DNA of 63,979 bases, counting the filler, from Octopus bimaculoides (Eukaryota): NCBI RefSeq assembly GCF_001194135.2. It is 7 parts of 7 records of this genome, joined end to end, with 100 filler letters (N's around TTAATTAATTAA, not from the genome) between each part and the next. Parts side by side here need not be neighbours in the genome. Positions count along the whole stretch, not along the records: positions 1 to 29,985 come from NC_068982.1; 6 more parts are not named here. One strand, given 5' to 3'. Under the pieces are notes generated by a model. That model searched no databases and was not told the DNA's origin. It worked only from the letters and a program-made list of their open reading frames with translations. This document shows positions 12,562 through 26,400 of this stretch, piece by piece. A program made the translations under genes and the position numbers. Every line of letters begins with the position of its first letter. The first letter of the stretch is position 1.

Positions 12562-15181
12562 TTGCCATTGGCAGTATCAGGCTCACACTTCCGAGTAACC
12601 TCCATGGTTATACTGAACAATAGCTATAAAGCCGAAGCATTGATTGAGAGCTTCATCAGTGAGAATCTAGTGAACACTCAACATCAAGACGGTCAAATTG
12701 AAGAACGTCATTGGTATGGCTTCTGCATCTCTTTCTGCGGAATCCAAGGGATACTGCACTGTATCACTAACCCCGAATAATCAGAAATACTACCATGTGA
12801 AACTGTACGTTCTCAGAAACCTGTGCACTGACCTGATTCTGGGTACTGATTTCAAAGAACGGCATGAAACTATTACCATACAATACGGAGGACAGAGACC
12901 ACCATTAACATTTACTGCGCTAACAGTTATGAAAACTGATCCTCCAAATCTATTCGCTCATCTCAGAGAGGACTGTAAACCTATTGCAGTCAAATTGCGA
13001 AAATACTTGGAACGTGATCGAGAGTTCATCAGGACAGAAGTACGCTGCTTAGTAGATGCGAACATTATTGAACCTGGTAACTCCCCTTGCAGATCGCAAG
13101 TGTTAGTTGTTCAAGGAAAAAAAGGCGAAGAATGGTGATTGACAACTCAGAGACGATTAATAAATATACACAGCTTGATGCCTACCCGCATCCTAAAATT
13201 GATCAATTAGTGAACAATATCGCCAAGTATAAAGTCTACAGTACTATAGACTTACATTCGGCATACCATCAGATTCCTCTCTCTGAGAAAGTCCGTCAAT
13301 TCACTGCTTTAGAAACTGATAGTAAATTATGGCATTATACTAGGATGCCATTCGGAGTAACTAACGGCAGCTCATGTTTCCAACGTATAATGGACGACTT
13401 CGTGAGTAAATACAATCTGCGAGATAGTTCCCATTCATAGACAATTTAACCATATGTGGGAAAGATCAAAATGACCACGATAAAAATTTAGAAAAATTTG
13501 AAATGGTAGCAAAAAGTGATGGGCTTACTATGAATGAAGACAAATGCATTTACTCAGCAACTCTTGACTTTCTTGGATACCGTATCTCACACAATCTGAC
13601 CCACCGTATCTGACCCAGTAAGGCTTGCGCCACTCCTCAATATTCCTACACCAACTGATCAGAAAGCATTAAACTTATAGTCGGTATGTTTTGTTATGCT
13701 AAATGGATCTCCAAATTTTCTGACAAAATATATCCTCTAAATAACGTATTAAAATTTCCTCTAAACAGCCAACAAGTAAAAGCATTTGAGTCATTAAAGG
13801 TAGAACTAGCCAGTGCTGCCATTCAAGTAATAGGTGAGAACATTCCATTTACTGTTGAGACGGATGCTTCGGATTTTGCCATATCTGCGACACTAAATCA
13901 AGATGGAAGACCAGTCGCATTCCATTCTCGCACGCTGCAAGGTAGCGAACAGTACCACTCCTCAGTTGAAAAGGAAGCCCAAACAGTTATCGAATCAATT
14001 CATCATTGGAGTCACTTTCTTCTAGGTAGACATTTTACATTGATTACTGATCAACGTTCTGTTGCATTAATGTATAATTATAAAGCGACGAGCAAAATTA
14101 AAAATGATAAAATTATGAGATGGCGCATTGCATTATCTCCATACTCATATGATATTCACTATCACCCAGGATCCAGAAACATCGCTCCTGATGCATTCAC
14201 AAGGATACGCTGTTCAACAATTAGTTCACATTCACTTTATGAGTTGCATGCAGCACTGTGCAATCCTGGTGTAGTACGCCTTCATCATTTCGTCCGCAGT
14301 AGAAATCTTCCATATTCGTTACAGAACATGAAACAATTAAGTAGGAATTGCTCTGTATGTCAAGAAGTGAAACCACAATATTATAAACCAGACCCAGTTA
14401 ACTTAATTAAGGCCATGCAACCCGTCGAGTGAATTTCCATCGATTTCAAAGGTCCTATTCCTTCCACGAAGCATTCTTATCTCCTAACAATAGTTGCCGA
14501 ATACTCTCGGTTTCCGTTTGGTTATCCAGTTTCTGACACGTCAGCTCAGACTGTTATAAAGTGTCTTACAGACTTGCTTTCAGTCTTTGGTATGCTCAGT
14601 TATGTACATTCAGATCGTGGAACTGCCTTTATGTCTTCACGATTGAGAGAATGGCTCCTCACTAAGGGCATTGCAACGAGAAGGACGACACCATACAATC
14701 CCACTGGGAACAGTCGAGTAGAAAGATATAATGGTATTATTTGGAAGTCAGTACTACTCTCTTCGAAAACCCGTGCCCTTCCAGTATCTTCATGGGAAAC
14801 AGTTCTTCCAGACGCAGATCTCTACTTTGTACGTCTACTAATGCCACTCCTCATGAACGTCTTTTTAACTATCAAAGACGTTCAGCAACAGGAACATCTA
14901 TGCTAACATGGCTTCTTAACCCAGGACCTGCGCTTGTTCAAAGGAACAATCGCACTAACAAATATGACCCTATCGTGGACCAAGTTGATTTAATCGAAGC
15001 CAACCCCCAATACGCTCACGTCCGTTACCCTGACGGTCGCGAAACCATAGTATCCACAAAACAATTGGCATCACCAGAGAAGATTAACCCAACTAATAAC
15101 CTAACCCAGGCATTTGTCCCTCAAGAGCCAGACAGAGAGCCAACTGAAATTTCTCCTCCTCCTAGAGATAAGCGTCAATAA
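12562..15181 (+). pseudogene. Gypsy pol: protease, RT, RNase H, integrase (disrupted)
   Basis: RT: LDAYPHPKID, IDLHSAYHQIP, FGVTNG, FIDN at the YxDD-equivalent position. RNase H: VETDASDFAI, SVEKEA. Integrase: SIDFKGP, HSDRG, VERYNG. Confidence 0.93.
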
Positions 15182-15273
15182 CAAAAAGAAACCTCTCAGC
15201 TGCGTCGATCACAAAGGATTCGGAAAGCCCCGGAAAAGGCTTGATCTATGGGTTTTTTTTTCGTTCTTTTTCT

Positions 15274-15286
15274 AGGAGGGAGTGAA
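15274..15286 (+). other. Polypurine tract
   Basis: aggagggagtgaa immediately 5' of the 3' LTR. Confidence 0.75.
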
Positions 15287-15427
15287 TGTTATGCAAATAA
15301 CGTTGATATAAAGAGCATGCGCATTTGATAGGAAGAGGATGAGAGAGAACAGCCATTCGGAATAACGTACATGGCTATGACTAAAAACTAGTTTCTTTGA
15401 ACTAGGATTTACTGGTTATACATTACA
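15287..15427 (+). repeat. 3' LTR
   Basis: Direct repeat of 11552-11692, followed by TSD ATACG. Confidence 0.95.
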
Positions 15428-15754
15428 ATACGGTTAGCAAGGGTGAAAAATATGCGACTTTCGAGAGCTGGAAATTCTGAATAGAATCTGTTAGTCACGT
15501 ATATGATTTCACCGCTACGGAGAAGATAATATAAACAAAGCCCATTACGGGCTTCTAAGAAAGAAGATGTATATGTCATATTATTTTTCTGAAGGTCAAA
15601 GAGAAATAAATTCATGCAACCGCTAAATGACTTTTATGCTTCAATATTTTGCAAAGACTTTATTTTCGCAAATAACGACATACAATATTAAAATGCTCTC
15701 TGTAAGATATTCAAATTTGCTGAGCTGTACATTTTGTAATGAACGGTGTACTTA

Positions 15755-15786
<32 letters not shown>

Positions 15787-16109
15787 CATATATATACACA
15801 CNNNNNNNNNNNNNNNNNNNNNNNNNNNNNNNNNNNNNNNNNNNNNNNNNNNNNNNNNNNNNNNNNNNNNNNNNNNNNNNNNNNNNNNNNNNNNNNNNNN
15901 NNNNNNNNNNNNNNNNNNNNNNNNNNNNNNNNNNNNNNNNNNNNNNNNNNNNNNNNNNNNNNNNNNNNNNNNNNNNNNNNNNNNNNNNNNNNNNNNNNNN
16001 NNNNNNNNNNNNNNNNNNNNNNNNNNNNNNNNNNNNNNNNNNNNNNNNNNNNNNNNNNNNNNNNNNNNNNNNNNNNNNNNNNNNNNNNNNNNNNNNNNNN
16101 NNNNNNNNN

Positions 16110-16140
<31 letters not shown>

Positions 16141-16190
16141 GTACACATACATACGCAGCGCGCGCACACGCACACATATATAACTATATA

Positions 16191-16231
<41 letters not shown>

Positions 16232-16525
16232 ATATATTTATATATACATATATGTATATATACAGTACAAACACACATACGTACACACATACATACAGAC
16301 AAGCAGACATACATACATACATAATACATACATGCATAAATGCATACATACATCTGTACATCCTAACATACAGGGAATGACTCTATTACACGTCTGACAG
16401 AGTCTATCATCAGGCCCTATGTAATCTTCGTTTCAGTTCTTCCGGGTCGCTGAAATAAATTCAAGTCAAGTACTGGGTCGATCTAATTAACTGAACCTAC
16501 ATCCGAAATATAATTTTATTTTTAT

Positions 16526-16528
<3 letters not shown>

Positions 16529-16569
<41 letters not shown>

Positions 16570-16582
16570 TATTATTATTACT
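16529..16582. repeat. (CAT)n-(TAT)n microsatellite
   Basis: Direct reading. Confidence 0.95.
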
Positions 16583-17463
16583 ATTATCGGGTCTGCCCGT
16601 TCCATTGATTTCAAATTGATTTTTCAAGCAGAACTGTTTTATGTTTTAGCGAATGAATTTTATTATGAAAGAAACCTAAAAACCGTGTGTCAGTTTTGCT
16701 ATTATAGAACTTAACATGAAAAACAGGATTTATAAATACGCGGATGATTTATAAGTTTACTGCTATAAATATCCCTAATGGTTTACGCTATGATTCAAAT
16801 AAAGTCAATTATACGGTTTGATGCAATTTAGCAAAACACATTGAGTCAATAAATCAATTAGTTTCATTATTCTAAAAGATGGAAGGTTCTTCAGAATAAT
16901 TGTTTGGCACTTTACTCTTTAAAAGTCACAACGGGAGAGTAAAAAAAAATAAAAGTATTTCTAATATATTAATTCAATTATTACGTTTATGTATTAATGT
17001 ATTAATGTTTGTGCGTTACGTAAAATTTCTTAACAATATGTTCCTGATTCAAAGGATAACTTCCCTATATTTGATCCGGTAATGATCAGGTAAATTTAAT
17101 ATGTTTTGTCGCAATCATTTCAAACACTTCATACATACATGCATACATACATGAATATATACATAGATATATATATATGACTGTGTATACGTACATTTAT
17201 AATGTATATATGAGTTAGAGGTTATGCAACCGTCTAAGGGATAAATGTATACGTAAGTACTACTGGTGTTTTACCTCACTACGTATAGGCCTTGCTATAA
17301 GGTTAACAGTAGGTGGTAATTTAAATGCTTAACTGCGAAACATATATACATGCATACATTTCAACACGGATATATGTGGTGTGTGTGCGTGTGTGAGCAT
17401 CTATCTATCTACCTATCTTTACATTTATATATGTAATATATTTTTATTCTATGTACATAGGTA

Positions 17464-17501
<38 letters not shown>

Positions 17502-17919
17502 TATATACATAAATACATACATGTATATGTGTGTATGTATGAGTGTGTAGATATGTATATTTATCCGCCCACAGCATACGTGAATTCAATATTAATCACG
17601 TATCGCGAGTCACATGCCAACCACACTGATCTTGAAGCAAGGGATAACTGCAATATTATTCCGCCGTCAAATATTTGATTATTATCCTTCTTTCATTAGA
17701 TTCTAGTTTGGTTTCATCTCATCATTTTGTAGCATCCACTGTTATTTTATAACTCTTACTATGGGTGTATTTTTTTTTATAATAATGCAGCTCGTTAACA
17801 AAAAATTACATTTCCTTCAACGCGATTTCAATTATTACTCTGTTTTCTGTTTATTATCTGTTATTAATTATATTCTGTGGTTTAGTATATTTTATAACTC
17901 GTTATCTCAATTTACACTG

Positions 17920-17953
<34 letters not shown>

Positions 17954-18920
17954 GTTATTATTATTATNNNNNNNNNNNNNNNNNNNNNNNNNNNNNNNNN
18001 NNNNNNNNNNNNNNNNNNNNNNNNNNNNNNNNNNNNNNNNNNNNNNNNNNNNNNNNNNNNNNNNNNNNNNNNNNNNNNNNNNNNNNNNNNNNNNNNNNNN
18101 NNNNNNNNNNNNNNNNNNNNNNNNNNNNNNNNNNNNNNNNNNNNNNNNNNNNNNNNNNNNNNNNNNNNNNNNNNNNNNNNNNNNNNNNNNNNNNNNNNNN
18201 NNNNNNNNNNNNNNNNNNNNNNNNNNNNNNNNNNNNNNNNNNNNNNNNNNNNNNNNNNNNNNNNNNNNNNNNNNNNNNNNNNNNNNNNNNNNNNNNNNNN
18301 NNNNNNNNNNNNNNNNNNNNNNNNNNNNNNNNNNNNNNNNNNNNNNNNNNNNNNNNNNNNNNNNNNNNNNNNNNNNNNNNNNNNNNNNNNNNNNNNNNNN
18401 NNNNNNNNNNNNNNNNNNNNNNNNNNNNNNNNNNNNNNNNNNNNNNNNNNNNNNNNNNNNNNNNNNNNNNNNNNNNNNNNNNNNNNNNNNNNNNNNNNNN
18501 NNNNNNNNNNNNNNNNNNNNNNNNNNNNNNNNNNNNNNNNNNNNNNNNNNNNNNNNNNNNNNNNNNNNNNNNNNNNNNNNNNNNNNNNNNNNNNNNNNNN
18601 NNNNTTTCTGTTTATTATCGATAATTAATTATATTATGTGGTTTAGTATATTTTATATCTCGTTATAGTAATTTACATTGATTTTTCGTTTTATGTATCG
18701 ATCAGGAAAGGCTAAATGACGTCGAAGGGATTTGAATTCAGAATGCAGAGTAGCGAAGACTGCACGTGGTATAAATATGGGAAAAGTAAAAAGAAACAAA
18801 GAAAATACACACTAGTTATAAAAGTAATGACTTATTTGTAAAAACAAAGATATATACATACAAATAAATGGTTTGAGGTGGAATTAAGAAGTATAAACAT
18901 CAATATCATGAGTCAATATA

Positions 18921-18960
18921 GAAAGTCATACCGGTTTCGTCATCGCTGTTCACTGACTTT
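18921..18960 (-). ncRNA. Minimal hammerhead ribozyme-like motif, G3:C8 variant
   Basis: AAAGTCA-GTGAACA-GCGATGAC-GAAA-CCGG-TA-TGACTTT: 7-bp stem I, palindromic ACCGGT stem III, GUA site, weak stem II. Confidence 0.55.
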
Positions 18961-20678
18961 GAATCAACACCGATTACCAAACTGGGTTTGGTCTAATAGT
19001 ACCTGAGTGAAAAGAGTGCATGCAACGGACGTAAGCGGTTTTGAAAGTGATGCATTTAAGTTAGTATGATTAATTGAGTATGAACGGTATATAGGATGTA
19101 TGAGGTTTAGGGGGATCATTGGTATGTGTAAGGTTAGTAGTGTCCTGTATTAAGTTGTGTGTTCATGTTAAGTTGTGTTTGTTATTTATTAATGAAAGTT
19201 GCTATGGCGGTTCCTAGGATATCTATCGGTGTGCTCTCTGACCTATATCTGTCTATATTGTAGGAAGCGGATTTGTTCTTTGTGAAGCGTTGTTTTTCTT
19301 ATGAGGAACATTCGTATTTGGCTTATATAGTGATTTCCGAAACCTGAACAGGTAGTAGCATGAATTATGTTTTCAAAGACACAAGTGAAATTTGAATTTA
19401 TCTTAAATCTTTCACCTCGTGTGAAGTGAAATTGTGTACCCTCCAAATGGTGAGGGCATGAGCCACAGTTAGGCCGCCCGCGTTTTTCTACTTTTGGTAC
19501 TGTAGCTAAGGAATATAGTCCTGCGCTGGTTAATATTTTTTCAATGATTTCGGTAGCATTTTGTTTTTGTGTGAGCCGAAATTTTTATTCATTGTTTTAT
19601 TTTGAGTAAGAATGGGTAGATTTTGGATGATGGCATTGAATGTCTCATTGTTTCTTGGGTTTTGTGTACTTTAAAATTTAGTGCAGTATTTCGGTTAACT
19701 TCCCTTAATGTTTGTATGTTTAATTCCTATGCTCGTTTAATCCCATCATCTATTAAAGCTGTTGAGTAATGTCTCCTGATTAGTATTGATTTAAGTTCAC
19801 GGAGTCTTAGTTCACGGGTATTGGTATCCAAAGCTATGGTACAAATTCTTTGCGCTGGATTATAAGTTATATCAATTTTTATGTGTTTGGGGTGGCATGA
19901 GTTGAATAATAGGTATTGTTTTGAATTTGTGTGTTTATAAAAGATGTGAGTTTCGATGTGTTTTTTGACTATTTTAATTAGGATGTTAAGCAAAGGAAGT
20001 TGTCTATTGCTGTATTATATGGTGAATTGTATGTTGCTATTGATATTCTTGAGTATTATTGTGAAATCGAGGTGTTTGTCCATGCTATTGTTCTAAAGTA
20101 TAAAGCAATCATCAAAGTATCTGTTCCAGTTCTTTAAATAGCAATAAAATGAGGTACTATATTTTTTGTTGTGATAATTGGTATATTTTAAGCTCTAGAT
20201 AACCCATTACAAGGGTCGAAATGACTGGAGCAGCTCGAGTTCCCATCGTGATTCCACATTTTTTTCGATCTTAAATTATGTCGAACATAAAGTAGTTTTT
20301 CTGGAGGGTAAATTGCAGTGCTGTGATTATGAAGTTGTGGGTGATGCGTCCTGCATCTCTTCTGGGCATTTTTCTAGTCAGAAAGTAATTACTTTTATAC
20401 CGTAATCGTATGGGATATTGGTGTACAAGTTCACCACATCGAATGATTCTAATAGGCTTCCTTCATTTATTGTTTCCGGTAGGTGTTTAAGCATATCTAA
20501 ATCATCACTGATGAAGCTACTGACCTTACTAATACCAGTTATCTCACTAATCCTCATACATTCCCTATATCGTTCATTCTCTATTAATCATATTAACCTA
20601 ATTGCATCACTTTCAGAACTGTTTACCTCCCTTCCATGCAATCTTTTCACTCAGGTACTATTAGACCCAACACCGTTT

Positions 20679-20719
20679 GAGAGTCAGTGAACAGCGATAA
20701 CGAAACCGGCATGACTTTC
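20679..20719 (+). ncRNA. Second copy of the G3:C8 hammerhead-like motif (probably inactive)
   Basis: GAGAGTCA-GTGAACA-GCGATAAC-GAAA-CCGG-CA-TGACTTTC; U16.1 is replaced by C. Confidence 0.45.
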
Positions 20720-21391
20720 TATATTGACTCATGATAATGATTTTTATACTTCTAAATTCCACCTCATATCATTTATTTGTATATATATATCTTTGTTTTT
20801 ATAAAAAAAAGCTATTACTTTTATACCTAGTGTGTATTTTCTTAGTTTCTTTTTACTCCCCTCATGTATATATATATATATATNNNNNNNNNNNNNNNNN
20901 NNNNNNNNNNNNNNNNNNNNNNNNNNNNNNNNNNNNNNNNNNNNNNNNNNNNNNNNNNNNNNNNNNNNNNNNNNNNNNNNNNNNNNNNNNNNNNNNNNNN
21001 NNNNNNNNNNNNNNNNNNNNNNNNNNNNNNNNNNNNNNNNNNNNNNNNNNNNNNNNNNNNNNNNNNNNNNNNNNNNNNNNNNNNNNNNNNNNNNNNNNNN
21101 NNNNNNNNNNNNNNNNNNNNNNNNNNNNNNNNNNNNNNNNNNNNNNNNNNNNNNNNNNNNNNNNNNNNNNNNNNNNNNNNNNNNNNNNNNNNNNNNNNNN
21201 NNNNNNNNNNNNNNNNNNNNNNNNNNNNNNNNNNNNNNNNNNNNNNNNNNNNNNNNNNNNNNNNNNNNNNNNNNNNNNNNNNNNNNNNNNNNNNNNNNNN
21301 NNNNNNNNNNNNNNNNNNNNNNNNNNNNNNNNNNNNNNNNNNNNNNNNNNNNNNNNNNNNNNNNNNNNNNNNNNNNNNNNNNNNNNNNNNN

Positions 21392-21441
<50 letters not shown>

Positions 21442-23300
21442 ACAACGGAAGTTATAATATTTATTGACGCAGTTCACTGCATTCACAGCTCATAAATTTT
21501 AATTTGGCAGGCAGTGATATATTATTGTTAGATTCTCTTCATTCACAGAGCAACAAACTAGCAAACCAAACGTGCTTTTCGTTTGAGCCAGGCAAATTTA
21601 TAGTCTTACGAATTATAGATATCAATACCAGCATATCGAAGTAAAAGGAAAGAGGCTTTTTTTTAGCCTTTGTTTTTTTTGTTTTTGTTTTTGTATCCTC
21701 TAAGAGCGACAGAAAAGTAAAAGAGTGTTATGCTAATCTTTCCGGAAGCGAAATAAACATGTCCGGAAAATATATTTTTGTTTATAGCATTTCTCACATG
21801 ATATAAAATAGAATATGAATAAAATAGTTACCCTTTAAGAACTCTGCCGAAGCATATAGCTTAGTAGTAAATTTAATCCTTAAATATATGAGTCATTGAG
21901 ATTTTACAATATAAAGCACATCCATTAACATCTAAAAACGAAATACATTTTATGTTTTACGCATATAGTTTCCTATTTTTAATAGTTCTACATTTTTCTA
22001 AGTGAACACTAAGATTGGCATGTGCCATTACATCAGTAGCAGTTCATTGTTTATACTTAAATATTTATACTCTTTCTACCTGTAATATACACTGTTTTGC
22101 TTTATCAATTTCATTATCAACAGAATGAAAGTCTATAGAAGTGTTGCTGCTTTTGCAAGAAATGAATAAAAGAAAAAAATGTTTGCTATATTTTGCAGTT
22201 TAATTACTATGGTCATATAAATATATCCATTTTTAGTCTTCCATCAAAACATTTTCAAGGCTTGTGTACAAACAGTTTATTCTCTTTAAGTTTATTGTAT
22301 ATTTCTTTTTATATTGTCTTATATAGTGTAAGTTTTAGCTATTTTATTCTTAATGGTTTGCAGTAAAAGAAATAAATTGGTGTCTCCTGAAGAAAGAAAG
22401 ATTGTTTAACTTTATATTATAGTGTCATAGTTTTAGAACCACCAGAGAAAACTAAAGTGTAAATAAATAGTTATTGGAAGATGTTCAGATGCCAAAACAG
22501 TGTTTGGTAATAAAAAGTTCAGAGTATAAAAATATATATGAAATAAAGGTAGGGTATAAGTAATCTCTACCACACATGATGCAGCATTTTCGTACACGTC
22601 AAGTAGAAATTTATTCAAACGAACAGTTAGAAGATTTATAAACTATTAATAATCTGTAATTGTGCTTGTCACCTTATAGAGATAATATCTTAGAAATGTG
22701 CTTCTTTTCAACTTTTCACTCATTTCTTTATTGTTTTAAGTCCAGTTTGTGTGATATAGAAAATTTACGTATGCGGCAGGAGCATCAAGACAGATGTGAC
22801 CAGACATGTGAGTCTTAATTGGGTTTGTAGAAGGTCAATGACTGGTTCAGTTTACGCAATATTTATGCAGGACCTAAGATGGTCTCCTGGTGTTTGTTGT
22901 TCAATTTTACCAATATCATCTATGTGAATTCCTTTCAGAGGTGGCAAGTAAAGATGAAGTAGAAGACTGTGTCTTTCGTGTATGTAGTTATTGCATGTAG
23001 GAAATTAAAAAAAATATATATATTAAAGTATTATTAAAATAATGTCATATTGATATTGAAAATATGACTGGTATACAGTTTAGAATTTATAACCATGCAT
23101 CAATAGTTATCAATAATAGTAATATATGTCATTTATCAGTTCGAAGTATCGATTATAGTCAACGGCTTCCTTTTGCATGGATTAATTTTCAGTTCACAGT
23201 CACACGTCATTATGTTATTATTGTTATCATCCAAGTCATTGAATCTTGACGTTAATTCTCAGGTTTCATGATAAAATCTACTTTAAATGTTTTATGTATG

Positions 23301-23335
<35 letters not shown>

Positions 23336-24241
23336 NNNNNNNNNNNNNNNNNNNNNNNNNNNNNNNNNNNNNNNNNNNNNNNNNTATTAATTATGCTTAG
23401 AGTAATTTCGACAAAACTTATAATCATATGTTCCGTAGATATTTTAAAATTGTATTAACTGAAGAAATAAAGTACATTTTTCTTTATCTGTTGATTTCTT
23501 AGTTGTTTGAGATTTTTCATGATTAAACGTCTGTCCTCCCAGTAAAGGCTGTTTTCCCTTTTTTACAAATGCCGAATATATATATATATATATATATTAT
23601 TTTACACTCCAAGATTTAAAATTAAAAATAAAAAATTCTAATGTAGGATTAACAATTTGAAATTTAATATAATTCGGCTTTACTATAAGCGTTTATGTAT
23701 TTCGATGGAAGTTAATTGTGAATAAGTTAGGGGAAAAATGATAGCGTTGTCACTTCTACTGATCAATACACAAGATCAGAGAGAGTGTGCATAAAGACAG
23801 GATTGCTAGAATATAATATTTATGCTTATTATCAACATAACCTTTGGTAACTATTCCCTTTAAAGGTATAAATTTGCAACGGTGTATAATTCATGTAAGT
23901 TTTCATGGCACTTTAACAATATCACGTAAGTCGAACATGTGTTCGACTCAAAGAAGAAAAACGAAATTCTATAAAAGAAAGCTGACATCGCAAGAAAACA
24001 AATTTATAAATATTCTATCGGTAAACAAGAAAAAACACAATATCGCCAAAATATAATTTCATTTTTAACGTTACCTTTATTTTAATATCTTTTCTCACAT
24101 AGAGGTTTTTTTTTCTTTCTGTGTTTTTTCTATTATTATATTTTACAATTCGTACATTCTAGCTCCCTCCCACTCTTCCGAATGAAACACGTCTACGTAA
24201 GTTGCAATTAGCCTTTAACTAATATGTGCGCGTGCATGTGA

Positions 24242-24272
<31 letters not shown>

Positions 24273-24967
24273 ATTTGTGTGTGTATGAGTACGTGTATGC
24301 TTAATTATGTGAATATGATTGCGACATTCAGAAGATGAAAAATACCGTGCTCCAAATAAAAAATAAAGCTGCATATTTTAAAATCTGTTTTGTTAGGCAT
24401 TTTCCCCCCGTAGCAATTCATATATTTCCAATCTATTCTTAATTGTTTACTTCAAAACCAAGTAATGATAGTAGTGAATTCTAATATTATATATACTGAA
24501 ATTTCCTCTAAGCAAAACCCAAAATCCGCCTTTTCTCTTTAATTATTTTGAAATATTTAGAGATTTACAACTTACAGAAGACTATGTTCTAAAAATTCTT
24601 TTCTAGCTTCTGGGTATAAATAGCAATCGATTATTTGAACGAAAAATTTGAAAGTACAATAAGTACATTTACAATCACTTCGAATCACTTCGATTTACAA
24701 TTATAGTTTAGTACTTTCTCTTTTTGCAATGACACTTAAACAGGCAACTGTTATATAGACGTGATTGAACTTTATCAGGTAGAAACTCGCATAAAAATAT
24801 TTTTTTTCGATTGACTTCGGGCTTATTGAACGAAACACTCATATGTATGCTGTATTTACAAAACTAATATATATATATTTATATATATATACTTGAGCAG
24901 CGTATATAAAATAGTAGAGTATAAGTCAATTAAGCTATTGTAGAATGAGAACTCAGAAAACGCTTTT

Positions 24968-25017
<50 letters not shown>

Positions 25018-26089
25018 TAGCCACGAGCTAGCATCTAATCTGATTTATATTTGCATCTCAATACATGCAACCCCGCCTCCGGTATAGACCAATGCGATAA
25101 GCGTCATTTTCTAGAATAGGGTAAAATATTTGTTCTTGTGATAAAAACACCAGTGCTCAAGGGGAGCAACTCTACTATCACTATTTACAATGCCTTTGCT
25201 ACTTTCCAAGACGAAGGTATCAGTTACTTTAACTATTACTTTTGCAGCATGTAGCTGCAAGTAACAATCAGTTTTATATTATCCTTGACGCACTACTGGC
25301 ATGGTTAAACAAAAATTTACATTCTACTCGAATATGCTTGAGCACCAGGTATTTCTATTAGGAGAATCTTATTTAATGTTTATAACATAAACGTCTATTT
25401 TGAATATATTTATCAGTTTAGTTATACGGTAGTACTTGAAGGTAGAACATTGTTTTGTAACATTATATGTATTTTATTGTTTTCTATTTATTAACTAATA
25501 TTACTGCAGGGAATGCAGTTTGTTTACATTTAAATAGCGATCAGTAAATACTTCAATGGTTTTTTTCTTCGTGTGGATATGAACCTCAACTTACAAGGCG
25601 AATGTATCTGAACCTGATAATTTTAATGTTATTCTCTTTGTATTGAATGTTGAAAGACAACAGTGATAAGCTTAAACGTTAACTCTGCTATTTCGTTCAT
25701 GATTGTACACTTACGTATGTGGAATAAGATATCTCAAGTGTTGTTACTCATATTTCTCTTGATATGTATTGTTGTTCGTCTGAAATATTTATACCCGATA
25801 GAAAAGGCCACCCGTCTCAATATAGAAAGATCAGGATACATAGTTTAATGGTATTGAGGAACGAAATTTTACACATATCAACTTTACAAATGTTGAAACT
25901 ATTCTTCATTTGGAAATCTTTAACGCTACGATCTAATAAGATTATCTTCCCTGCAATATGCCCAAATGACGATGTGTTTATTGGTTAATCTCTGGATGGT
26001 TGTAAACATGTGATCAATACACTATTACCCGAGTTTTTCTATCATTATTGTCACAAGATATATACTGATGAATTTTCTCTCTTGGTTAC

Positions 26090-26400
26090 AAATCACTTGT
26101 ACCTTCCCCCTGACTCGAAACTCACAGCCTCTTCATACAAGCGCTGATGTGCTTCTAAGAATAAGGAAGTCTTTCTTTGGTTGTAGCTTTTATCCTCAAC
26201 TGTCAAACTTTGGAACTCTCATTCAACTTATTGTTTTCCTCCTTTTTATGACCTGAGCTCTTTGAAGCCTAAAGCCATTCCTTTCGTCCTAATTTCTCCT
26301 TCTTCATAGTCCCTTACACTAAGTTACTTCTCGCCTTGTTTGAGATTTTCTTATAAAGGAAAGGCGATTAAATAACATTCCTTCATAGGCAATTAGATAA
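26090..26400 (+). mobile_element. CR1/Jockey-type LINE 3' end relic
   Basis: Frameshifted SF.P...KLWNSL....F...YDL..LK pattern, typical of the CR1-group ORF2 C-terminus. Confidence 0.5.

Larger units (their letters stand above)
11552..15427 (+). mobile_element. Full-length degenerate Ty3/gypsy LTR retrotransposon
   Basis: Paired 141-bp LTRs (TG..CA) and 5-bp TSD ATACG (11547-11551, 15428-15432). Polypurine tract present; domain order gag-PR-RT-RNaseH-IN. Confidence 0.97.
18904..20736 (-). mobile_element. Penelope-like element (RT + GIY-YIG) with inverted pseudo-LTRs
   Basis: Minus strand reads GITMGTRAAP, RYFDDC, HTNSKQYLLFNSCHPKH and FKINSNFTC..YISQ..LHKEQIR. 18904-~19141 is an inverted repeat of ~20516-20736. 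Confidence 0.92.
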
